The position numbers and the translations under genes were made by a program. The notes beneath the pieces were generated by a model that saw only the letters and a list, made by a program, of their open reading frames with translations, searched no databases and was not told the DNA's origin. From Planctomycetota bacterium (GTDB lineage Bacteria > Planctomycetota > GCA-002687715 > DRQF01), in NCBI GenBank assembly GCA_027001995.1, contig JALTLO010000138.1:1-42868 (forward strand): 42,868 nucleotides of DNA, written 5' to 3'. Each line of letters opens with the position of its first letter. The stretch's first letter is position 1. Below, piece by piece: positions 9,580-18,539 of the stretch.

Positions 9580-11286
9580 CTAAGGAATCAAAGTGTGAAT
9601 AGCATGGTTACTGGTGAAGCTATACTGACTCATGGCAGAATCATAGGTCACAAAGGCCCAGTAAGTTGATATGCCAGCAAGACTGGCCGGGACACCGTTG
9701 GCAGGAATGGTCCAACTTGCAGAAGCGTAAGCAGACCCACTCAAGAAGCCAAAGCTTCCGAGAAGCGGGCTGTTGCTGAAATCTAAGGTAAAATTGAAAA
9801 AAACATCGGGATTGAGAGGCAGGTTCAAACCGTTCCCCAAGTCAATGCCGGGAGAGAATCCAGAAATAGAACCCAAAAGATAGTAGGCGTTCCCTGCCTC
9901 AGACACCGGAGCCGCCATAGTGAATATGGTTGAAGAGCCGTTAGCAATCGATGTTTCGTGGCCGGTCAAATTGAGAGCCAAGTCTTCCACCGAGAACACA
10001 CCAACGAATCCAACGAAGCTGGACGGTGTTGATTGAGACATCACAACATCCAAGACACCGTCAAAATTCACGTCTCCCAATGGAGCGAAAGTACCGTGAT
10101 CACCCAGGCCGGAACCGGAACCAAATCCCGCCCAACCACGAATCACCGTGGCATCATCTCCATTGTATAGTTCAAGAGTCCCTGAGCTCCCGCCATTGGG
10201 ATCAGCACCCCAAGCACCCAAAAGAAACTCATCTTTACCATCGCCGTCCAAATCCGGAACCGGTTCGAACCCTGCGCCAAATCGATCGAGGTTAGAATCA
10301 CCGACCAAATGATGAATCACTGAGGCATCAACGCCAGAGAGAATTGTCAACTCCCCGGGGAGGGCACTCAGAGTGGCGTCAAACGCGAAACTAAAAGCGG
10401 CAAAGTCAGGAGTTCCGTCGCCATCGACATCCCCCGCCCCAAAAACCCGGTTGCCAAAAAAGCTGGTGCTTGTAGGACCGTTCACCACATGAATGAATGC
10501 GGGCGGTACCCCACCGACCACAAGCACTTGCCCTGCTCCTCCATTGTCATGTCCAATAACAATGTCGTCGAAGCCATCCCCATTGATGTCGCCGACGCCG
10601 TCCAAACTAAACCCAAGAGTCTGACAATTGGGCAAACCGGTGACATTGAAAATAATAGATCCATCTAAACCAGAACGCACGATCACTTCACCAGCATCGT
10701 TAGCAGAAGAGCAAATACCCCCGGCTATGTAATTCCCTGGACGTCCATAGACGAAGTCTGGAATGCCATCATTGTTGGCATCACCAGCACCTGAAACAGC
10801 GAATCCCAAGAAATCTCCGGACCCGTCAAAATCCAAGTCTGGATTCCCATCAAAGGTAAAGAGGACGGCACCATTCGCCCCAGAATGAACAGTCACCCTG
10901 CCAGACTCGACCCCCGCGAAAGAAGCAAAAGGATCAGATGTAATGAAATCGGTTAGGCCATCGCCGTTGATGTCACCAATGAAATCAAGCTCATGGCCGA
11001 ATTTGTGATTGAGGCCGGGCACACCGTCAATGGAATAGAGCAAGACGCCTGTACGTCCCGAATAAGCAGAAATCCGCCCCACGTCGTTGGTGCCAGACAC
11101 TGCAGCAAAGACTTCCGCCAACAAGAAGTCTGGGATGCCATCTCCATCCAGATCCCCCCCGGCCGCAACTTCACGCAAGAATCCAAGGGGACTTGCGCCA
11201 AGATAGCGATACAAAGCCATTTGAGCTGACCCCGCAGACAAAAATACAGAGAAAACAACCACCGACAACAGCACTCTAAGTTTCAT
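9580..11286 (-). CDS. Secreted FG-GAP/integrin-alpha repeat protein
   Basis: Signal peptide (GSA-Q), about 7 repeats of the form G-D-x-D/N-G-D-G-x-x-D, and a distinct C-terminal domain. Confidence 0.88.
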   Translation of the reverse strand: MKLRVLLSVVVFSVFLSAGSAQMALYRYLGASPLGFLREVAAGGDLDGDGIPDFLLAEVFAAVSGTNDVGRISAYSGRTGVLLYSIDGVPGLNHKFGHELDFIGDINGDGLTDFITSDPFASFAGVESGRVTVHSGANGAVLFTFDGNPDLDFDGSGDFLGFAVSGAGDANNDGIPDFVYGRPGNYIAGGICSSANDAGEVIVRSGLDGSIIFNVTGLPNCQTLGFSLDGVGDINGDGFDDIVIGHDNGGAGQVLVVGGVPPAFIHVVNGPTSTSFFGNRVFGAGDVDGDGTPDFAAFSFAFDATLSALPGELTILSGVDASVIHHLVGDSNLDRFGAGFEPVPDLDGDGKDEFLLGAWGADPNGGSSGTLELYNGDDATVIRGWAGFGSGSGLGDHGTFAPLGDVNFDGVLDVVMSQSTPSSFVGFVGVFSVEDLALNLTGHETSIANGSSTIFTMAAPVSEAGNAYYLLGSISGFSPGIDLGNGLNLPLNPDVFFNFTLDFSNSPLLGSFGFLSGSAYASASWTIPANGVPASLAGISTYWAFVTYDSAMSQYSFTSNHAIHTLIP

Positions 11287-11435
11287 CGTGAACTCCTAAG
11301 AAATCTCTCCCAATTCGAAACTTAGAGGAGCAATTGAGAAACTGCAAGGTCTATCTGCCCGCAGCCAGTTTCGCCGTTTCCTCTGCCCTGGATTGTGTGA
11401 AGGAAACACAATCAAAAAGAAAGGCCAGACGCAGG

Positions 11436-13559
11436 CTACAGTTTCTTGAGCGTAAAGTTGTAAGTCTCCGGCCCCCAACCTGGGTGAAACCAATTCTCAT
11501 ATTTCTGTGTGATTGGAAACAACCACGCCCGATTCAACTGCTTGAATTTGGTCCGCAGGATCGCTGTCCGGTCAGGAAAATGCCATTGCGTCTCGACTGG
11601 GACCCAGTTGCTCTTTACCTTCTTGAACCTGCGAACATGATAGGTGCCATCGTTATAGCGCACTTCCACAGGCAGTCCCTTGGTCACTCGAACCGCCATG
11701 ATCCTCTCGTGCCCCTTCACCCTGACCAGACCGTTCTCATCCCCTCTTGTAATCGCACAACCGCGAAAGGCTCGTTCGAAAAGGGGACGAGCACAAAAGT
11801 CTTGGCGTGACCAAATTGAGAGGCGGGCACGGGCCAAGTCATCGACCGCTTTCTTCGCCTCTTTGCTCAATTTCTCTTTCACCTTGAAATGAAAGTCATC
11901 GAAAACCTTACCCGCACCTCGCCAACCGACAAATTTGATCCGTCCCTCCAACTGCTCGTAACCCCACCAATTTTCATTCGTCTTGGCCACCTGAAGTGCG
12001 AGTGTTCCTTTGAGGTTGAGGGAACCGGATGGATATCGATAGGGTCTTTGCCATGCCGCCCGGAGCAAGCTAACTCCATTACCAGATATGGCCCCAACCA
12101 CTTTTTCGCCAGTGATTTTGATCCCACTGAAACTCAATGCGATCTGTGCGACGGGCTTCCCCGACCCAAACTCATACAGACGAAGCATGGCGTCCTTCGG
12201 GCCAAAAATGGAACCAAAAGTCCCAGCCACGACGGAGGAATCAAATATTGGCGTCTCGGGTAGCATGCCTGGATGATAGATGCCCTTTTTTGTGGCTGCA
12301 CAAAACCGCCCATCCTTCAACTGGGTGTTCGTTCGGTGGTAGTTAGGATATATGTTGGCGTCGGTCCATTTTTCATTCACGATTTGATTATCTTTGATCG
12401 TCATAATCGGCGCCGGAAGCGATCTGGAATTCTTTTTCTTCGACTTGACCCAAACGATATCCCTACCATCATTCAGTCGGTCAAGAAGAACAAAGACTGA
12501 CTTCTCTTTGAGAGCGTCGAAGGTGACAGAAGTGAAGTCCTCAATGGTCGTAGCGATCGCGCGCGCAAGAGCTCCTTTCTTCCCCTTGCCTGCTGGCCGC
12601 GTCAGATCAAACTGTATGCGGCCGTCAGCAGAACGCCGAAAATCGAAAACTCCCATTGACCGTCCAAAGTTGCCAAATTCTTCAAAGGCAAAATGCACCG
12701 TTCCAATGACTTCTGATTTCTCACCCAGGTCCCACCTGTACCGCTGCCGCCATGCCGTCTCAAGAATTTCTTCTCCCAGAGTGGTAGCAGCCGGATATTG
12801 AACGGTCCAATCAACAATTTGGACCACTTTGAACCGACCATAAAACATCTGGAAGCCACGGGCGTGAAGAAGGAAATCGGCTCCAGGGGTATTGGATTCG
12901 CCGATGAATTTCTCTTCGTTCCCCTCCAAGTGGGCTGACATGATCGTTGGCTTTTTTCCAGCCTTGGTGCGAACGACGAGTAAGAGGTCAACTGGCAAGT
13001 CAATCTTGTTCCGCAGAAGAACACGGGTCGTCTTGACTTTTTGTTTCAGGTAGTCATCGAAAACTTTGATCTGTTCGATCTTCACAATGGAGACAGGAGA
13101 CTTCTTTTGACCGGCGCCACGAAAGAATGAGGCCCGGGTGATGTCAACTGTGACTTTATCCAGGGGCGTATTGGGCCAAGGGTCAGGAAAGAAATAGCGG
13201 AGTTTGCCATTGGGAGGAATTGCCCGTCCTGCTTTTCCCCAAGTCAAAAGACCAGCCCGACTGTAGCGGAACACCATAACACGACCTTCGGCATGTTCAG
13301 GATCGTTGACGTGGATCATGAAATCGAGAGGCTCAGCTGCAACGCGGTTGCGATTCTTGACCTCGATAACCAAAAGCCCTTTGCGTGGCGCTTTCGGCTT
13401 TTTGATAATTTTAACTTTGAGCTTAGTCAGGTCACCGCGAACAAAAACAGGCTCTTGCGCCTCAACCCAAGAGCTCATAAACCCCAGGACTAAGAAGACC
13501 AGAAAGGCATTCTCAGTCGAGCGACCAGCCCTTTTCATTCTTGAATTAACATGGTTCAT
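11436..13559 (-). CDS. Large secreted hypothetical protein with tandem DUF3386-like repeats
   Basis: Long ORF; hydrophobic leader ending VEA-Q after M13559 (track start 13682). Repeated motifs LETAWRQRYRW and LRAAWQRPYRY. Confidence 0.65.
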   Translation of the reverse strand: MNHVNSRMKRAGRSTENAFLVFLVLGFMSSWVEAQEPVFVRGDLTKLKVKIIKKPKAPRKGLLVIEVKNRNRVAAEPLDFMIHVNDPEHAEGRVMVFRYSRAGLLTWGKAGRAIPPNGKLRYFFPDPWPNTPLDKVTVDITRASFFRGAGQKKSPVSIVKIEQIKVFDDYLKQKVKTTRVLLRNKIDLPVDLLLVVRTKAGKKPTIMSAHLEGNEEKFIGESNTPGADFLLHARGFQMFYGRFKVVQIVDWTVQYPAATTLGEEILETAWRQRYRWDLGEKSEVIGTVHFAFEEFGNFGRSMGVFDFRRSADGRIQFDLTRPAGKGKKGALARAIATTIEDFTSVTFDALKEKSVFVLLDRLNDGRDIVWVKSKKKNSRSLPAPIMTIKDNQIVNEKWTDANIYPNYHRTNTQLKDGRFCAATKKGIYHPGMLPETPIFDSSVVAGTFGSIFGPKDAMLRLYEFGSGKPVAQIALSFSGIKITGEKVVGAISGNGVSLLRAAWQRPYRYPSGSLNLKGTLALQVAKTNENWWGYEQLEGRIKFVGWRGAGKVFDDFHFKVKEKLSKEAKKAVDDLARARLSIWSRQDFCARPLFERAFRGCAITRGDENGLVRVKGHERIMAVRVTKGLPVEVRYNDGTYHVRRFKKVKSNWVPVETQWHFPDRTAILRTKFKQLNRAWLFPITQKYENWFHPGWGPETYNFTLKKL

Positions 13560-13732
13560 AGATTTCCTCTTCTCCTTGCCAATCATCCGCCTTCCATGTT
13601 TGCGCCTTGCATCGCGTGAATCAAGAACAAGTTCAAAACTACTCTCAACGCCATATGATTCGTGCGAAAAGGCACGGTCCAAGATTCCTGGAGTGGAAGA
13701 ATTTCCTCAAGAATATCCTTGCGAGTGTTCAG

Positions 13733-13757
13733 ACTGTACTATATCCATTAGTACAGT
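13733..13757. promoter_or_regulatory. GntR/YtrA-family operator palindrome
   Basis: ACTGTACTA-TATCCAT-TAGTACAGT, 27 nt upstream of a YtrA-like gene. Confidence 0.75.
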
Positions 13758-13784
13758 TACAGAACGGTTATCCGAGGCAAATGC

Positions 13785-14186
13785 ATGCTGATCCATATCG
13801 ATCCACAATCTGCCGATCCGATTTTTGAGCAAATCGTCTTTCAGGTGAAGGGTGCCATTGCCAAGGGCGAAGGCAAACCTGGGGACAAATTGCCCAGTGT
13901 ACGGGAACTAGCGCGGGAACTTTCTGTCAACCCCAATACCGTCGTGCGTTCCTATCAAACCCTTGAGCAGGAAGGCCTCATCATCAGAAAGCAAGGGTCT
14001 GGATGCTTCATTAAAAAAGGAGCCACAAAGCTCTCCGGTAAAGTCCGCAGAAGTCAGTTAAGAAAACTCATGGAGCGATCGGTTACCGAAGCGTTTCACT
14101 TGGGCTTCTCCAAAGAAGAGATCAAGAAGGCACTCAATGATGGCCTGAAACAAGTCCGCTTTGCGAAAAGAGGAGGAAAGAGATGA
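13785..14186 (+). CDS. GntR-family (YtrA subfamily) transcriptional regulator
   Basis: PIFEQIV...PGDKLPSVRELARELSVNPNTVVRSYQTLE...QGSGCFI; short C-terminus; precedes an ABC ATPase gene. Confidence 0.93.
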   Translation: MLIHIDPQSADPIFEQIVFQVKGAIAKGEGKPGDKLPSVRELARELSVNPNTVVRSYQTLEQEGLIIRKQGSGCFIKKGATKLSGKVRRSQLRKLMERSVTEAFHLGFSKEEIKKALNDGLKQVRFAKRGGKR

Positions 14187-14443
14187 CTGAATCATCTTTG
14201 ATATTCGACCATATCTACCGGCGGTTCAACAAGAAAGAAGTCATCCGAGGCCTCTCGTTTGAAGTGAAGCCGGGTCAGGTTTATGCCCTCTTAGGCCGCA
14301 ATGGTGCTGGCAAAACAACAGCCCTCAGAATCGCCATGGGATTCCTCAAAGCTCACCATGGAACATGCCACATCTTAGGACGAGATAGTCGAACACTGCG
14401 CCCCAAAGATCGGGGGCGATTAGGTTACGTGGCAGAAGGCCAC
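14183..14443 (+). pseudogene. Truncated ABC transporter ATP-binding gene (N-terminal third only)
   Basis: Walker A GRNGAGKTT and LGYVAEGH are present, then similarity stops. No signature motif or Walker B; the frame ends at 14518. Confidence 0.8.
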
Positions 14444-15061
14444 AAGCGGCAGGCTCTACAAGTTGGAGAGCAGAGTCTTCGAACCCATTTCCCTCGATTC
14501 ACCCCTGGTGCTCCATAAACCCAAAATTGACATCCAAGAGATCGACACCCAATCTCACGAAGCATGGCGGCTCAACGTCGTCAAGTATGGCCCCATCGCT
14601 CCGGACTTCCTGGCCCAAGGCATCAATCCCACCACCGAGACCCGTTTCAAATTCTCGCCGGAGACGACAAAGGAACGACTCTACGCAGCGAGCATTTTCG
14701 CGGTGGCACTGACTCGCCCCGTTCTATCTCACATCTCCGGTTTTCTCTCCGAGGACACCGGCTTCACAAATCGATTTCACATGGACTCTCTATTCCACAG
14801 CTCCCTATTCATGGGTGGAAAACGCCTGGGATTCTTGGTTTCCTGTTGTCCCTGAGCCTACTTCTTGCCTGGTATCAGAGAAGACGCCTCTTGCGATTCG
14901 GAGCCTCAGCTTTCACGGCAAACATATGGGCCTTAGCCATCATCTTGACAGGGCCCTTGCTGACCATCTTAGTCGTATTCATCGAAAGACCACGAGCGTA
15001 CGCTCCTGTGACCATCTTAGGGGAAGAGGACGCTCCTCCCTGCCTTTTGAAAAGTGCTTAA
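14442..15061 (+). pseudogene. C-terminal remnant of a membrane (permease-like) protein with a frameshift near 14830
   Basis: The frame of ORF 14463..14855 (...SSLFMGGKRL) continues in the frame ending at 15061 (ILGFLLSLSLLLAWYQRRRL...IWALAIILTGPLLTILVVFIERPR). No proper start. Confidence 0.55.
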
Positions 15062-15159
15062 GCCAGCCTCAAGGGGTCTGGATATTCTCACTATTTCAAC
15101 TCTCGCATCGGTCCAGCAGGTCCTCAAGAGTTGAGGTATCAAGAATAATTGACACCGGA

Positions 15160-16836
15160 TTAGTGACCGATCGCAGTGGACACGCCCGCCCGGATCAATG
15201 CTGCCCATTTCGCCTTCGGATATTTGTGGAGATCAAACATCGTGTTTCCTTTCGACAGTCTAAGGCTCACGCATACCCAATCAGTTGCCAAGATGTCCTT
15301 CAGCAGGAAGAGCGGTCTTCGACGATCACTGCGATCAACGATGGAGATGATGATATCCCTTGATTCTGCGTGAGACTCCAACTTGAATGCACCAGACTTG
15401 ATCCCCACAAGAATCGAGCGCGGAATGGCAAGCAGAGAGAGCTCGAACTCCTGAGCGCCCAAGTAGCGGCCTGCCCGTATCACCGTTGGCTCTTCCTCCT
15501 CATCGTCGTCGTCGCAGTCATCTTCTTCCTCAATGATTTCAGAATCATCATCATGATCGTCAACCTCGAATTCTACCAAGCCCTCTTGAATCTCAGATTC
15601 TTCGTAGTCGTCGCCAACCTCAACTTCTTCGTATTCATCGCCATCAAAATCATCATTAGGATCGTCTTTCTCATCGGGCGCACCCGCGAAGACCCTGAAA
15701 ACCGGCTCAACAGGGTCAAGACCAATCTCAGCAACCTCATCATAGTCGTGAGAAAGCGCGATATGCCCATCCTCACCCTTCCCTGGGAAAATCATCAGCT
15801 CCGTCTCGTAGTCCAGAAATATGTCGTCTACGGCAATAGGATTCTCGCTCTTCTCCTTTACTTGGGCTCGATACGCCTTCAGGTCATCCGAGTCGGGGAG
15901 GTGATAGTCGAAACTATAAATACGTCCGAGTTCCACGATGATAAGAGCCTCGCGACGGTAGTAGATACTTTCTCCTTCATCTATCTCTTTTTCGGCTTTC
16001 ACCCTAGCCGCAGCATTCTTGCTGTAGGAGTTCACGTCAATCATCACATAGGGCCAACAATGACCGCGGCTTTCATCCCATCCCACTTCAATTTCAGCTT
16101 CCATGCTGTCATTACGCCAAGACACACTTCTGTCGGGAGTTTCTTTTTCGATATCCAAGGTGAGCACGACCGGAACTTGAGTCTGCTTCCCTTTGGAGTT
16201 GCTGAACTTCAAGAACAAAGTAGACTTCAAGTTCGCCATTTCAGTCTGTTCGCCGATTTCCAGAATCTGGTCATCAACGACAACTCGATAGAAATAACTG
16301 AATCGGCTGTGACTGGGAGTCTTGGTTGTGACTTCCATGCGACTATAGACAAGAGATTTATTCGGCGGAAACGCGGCTGTGAGGTGAGAACTGTTGTCAC
16401 TGCGCCTCTGGAGAAAATCAAGGCTCAATCCATTATGTAGATAGGCAAAGTCATTGGGACCAGCATAGCGCGTGAACTTGGGCATGGGTAAAGCCTTATC
16501 GGCGGTCCCAGTAAGATCAACGTCCTCGCTCGTCAGCCGACTCCGAATCACAATCGCTTCGAAATCTGGTTCCGCTTGGAAAGTCGATCCATCCCGCAGA
16601 ATCTCGGGCTTCCTAAAGGCTCCTGGCACATTGCCGGCCTCCGCGACATGATCGTTCAGATCAAGCGCATCGAGGGTCATGCCCTCGTCGATCTCCTGAA
16701 GTACGAGGCAGAATGCAACGCAAACAACCAAAGCAATCACGACTGCCCCGAACAAATAATGTCCAGCACGCTGACGCCTATTTCCTACAACACTCAGTTG
16801 GTCAGTGGTCCCCATTTCTTCTCTTCTCCCAAACAC
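15160..16836 (-). CDS. Hypothetical membrane-anchored protein with Asp/Glu-rich tract
   Basis: 558-aa ORF with one N-terminal TM helix and a long acidic segment (DEKDDPNDDFDGDEYEEVE...EEEDDCDDDDEEEE). Exact start uncertain. Confidence 0.7.
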   Translation of the reverse strand: MFGRREEMGTTDQLSVVGNRRQRAGHYLFGAVVIALVVCVAFCLVLQEIDEGMTLDALDLNDHVAEAGNVPGAFRKPEILRDGSTFQAEPDFEAIVIRSRLTSEDVDLTGTADKALPMPKFTRYAGPNDFAYLHNGLSLDFLQRRSDNSSHLTAAFPPNKSLVYSRMEVTTKTPSHSRFSYFYRVVVDDQILEIGEQTEMANLKSTLFLKFSNSKGKQTQVPVVLTLDIEKETPDRSVSWRNDSMEAEIEVGWDESRGHCWPYVMIDVNSYSKNAAARVKAEKEIDEGESIYYRREALIIVELGRIYSFDYHLPDSDDLKAYRAQVKEKSENPIAVDDIFLDYETELMIFPGKGEDGHIALSHDYDEVAEIGLDPVEPVFRVFAGAPDEKDDPNDDFDGDEYEEVEVGDDYEESEIQEGLVEFEVDDHDDDSEIIEEEDDCDDDDEEEEPTVIRAGRYLGAQEFELSLLAIPRSILVGIKSGAFKLESHAESRDIIISIVDRSDRRRPLFLLKDILATDWVCVSLRLSKGNTMFDLHKYPKAKWAALIRAGVSTAIGH

Positions 16837-17057
16837 CCATCACTATCGGAGCATCCTAGGCCCAAAGCCCAAGCTTCTTCAGAGAACTAAACGCCCTATC
16901 GTTCAAAAGCGAACGAGAATCTCAAAATGCTGCGGGAAAACTCGGATTCGATATCCTCAGCAAGGGGACCTCCCCAGGATGCTTCACCTCTTTGATCCCT
17001 TTGACATCACGGTCAGGCATCGCCCTCGATGTGGCGACGTTGGGTTCTGGAGTTTTC

Positions 17058-18375
17058 GGATCTTCAGAAGAATTTGTGGGTTGTTTCAGGATCCGGTAGG
17101 TCTCCCATCGCATGATAGAGCGCGATTTCGGTGGCTTTGAAGGTTCTGAAACCATATGCCTTTCTGGTGGTGAGTTTCAGTTTGTTGTCTAGCCCTTCAA
17201 CGACACCGGCAGAAACGGTGCCCTTGGCTCGAAACCAGTTGAGGATCAAGGGCTGATGTCGCCTTACCATCTTGGCGATCTTCTTCATTGGTTCAATGCG
17301 AGATCTCATGACAGTCTCGCACCATTGCTCAAGAAACTTCCTTGCCCATGCAGGACTGCTGTAGTCCCAGAGCCTCTGAAACTCTTTCTTGAGCAGGTAC
17401 GATTGACACTCTTCAAGTTGTATTGAATCAACTGGTTCATCGAGATCGTTTGTTTCTCTGTCAGATTCTCAGGCCGTTTGACGAGCAGCCACCTCTTGCT
17501 CTTAAGGACGGACTCAAAGCCCTTGGCCTTGTCAATCGTCTTGTTGATGTTCGCTACGATGTGGAAGCGCTCAAGGACATGAATGGCTTGCCCAGCACGC
17601 TCGGCAACGACCTTGAGATAGGGTTTCCACATATCGCTGCAAACGTAGACCAGTTCCATAGCTCGGTCACCAAAGGAGTCCAAGAATGACTGAATCGCTT
17701 CTTCTTTGCGGTCCTTTCCCAGCCAGAGGATTCTTCGGCGGCCAATCGAAATGTTGTAAACCACCATCATGTATTTATGGCCGCGATGCCAAAGGACTTC
17801 ATCGATGCCAATGGCTTTGATGTTGCTCAAGTCGCGGTGATCCAAGCCCCAGGCCACTGCATTGTGACAGCCCTAAACACGCTATCCCACGATGTTTTGA
17901 CGGCTTCAGCGGTTTCTTTCCAGCTAGGACGCTTCGCCCCGCCAACCAAAAACCAGGCAAAGGATGTTGTGACCGGACTTTTGCCCTCAGCCCATGGCAT
18001 ACGTTCAGTAAGCAGTCACGCCACAGCATAGACAATTGACACGGCGCATCGTGTAGAGAAAGAAAACGGCGATCCCCCAAAGAGGAACGAATTGAAATCG
18101 CCGAAGCTCCGAAGCGGTGTCGTAGATGCCGCCACGCTTCCCGCATCTTGAGCAAACAGGCCTACTGTTGACACTCGGAGAGATCGGAATCACGGTCGAT
18201 TTAGCGCCGTCTTCGAATTTTGGCTGGTCGTAAACAAATGATCCGTGTCTTTCGACACCAATACCATTCTGGAATAGGATTGCCAACACACAGGGAAAGG
18301 CACCAATTGAGTTGAGGTGAAAGAGTTGGTGAACAAAGACCACAAGAGAGTCATCCACCAAATTCTTGAAGATTT
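17058..18375 (-). mobile_element. Degenerate ISL3-family insertion sequence (transposase pseudogene)
   Basis: Fragments in several frames: CSRCG...FQFVPLWGIAVFFLYTMRRVNC; PWAEGKSPVT..SWKETA; AIGIDE..CSDMWKPY..RFHIV; VEGLDNKLK..RKAYGFRT..THKFF. One end reads GGATCTTCAGAAGAATTTGTGG at 17058, with a degenerate inverted copy at about 18355-18375. Confidence 0.88.
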
Positions 18376-18539
18376 CTGTTCGGTTCCAAGCCCGATCCCG
18401 TTTGCACCTATAGAAAAACAAAGAATAGGGCGGGTTCGGGTTCAGATACGCTGAACGCAGCGATCTGTTCTTTCTTTGCGGGTTCCGTATCGAAGAGAAC
18501 TAAAGAACGTGCATAGAACGCGGCACAAAGGAATGACCA

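Noticed and set aside
9990..11200. CRISPR-like or tandem DNA repeats
   Set aside because: The periodicity is at the protein level (FG-GAP repeats). No identical spaced DNA repeats or cas genes were seen in the window.
14840..14855. Second selenocysteine candidate (SCCP-TGA)
   Set aside because: These codons lie past a frameshift in a decayed membrane-protein gene, with no redox fold.
15370..16440. 356-aa plus-strand ORF
   Set aside because: Antisense shadow of the acidic protein gene; its hydrophobic I/V/F bias mirrors GAY/GAR codons on the other strand.
18005..18421. Stand-alone 138-aa protein
   Set aside because: It is the N-terminal zinc-finger fragment of the ISL3 transposase plus read-in from non-coding IS-end sequence.
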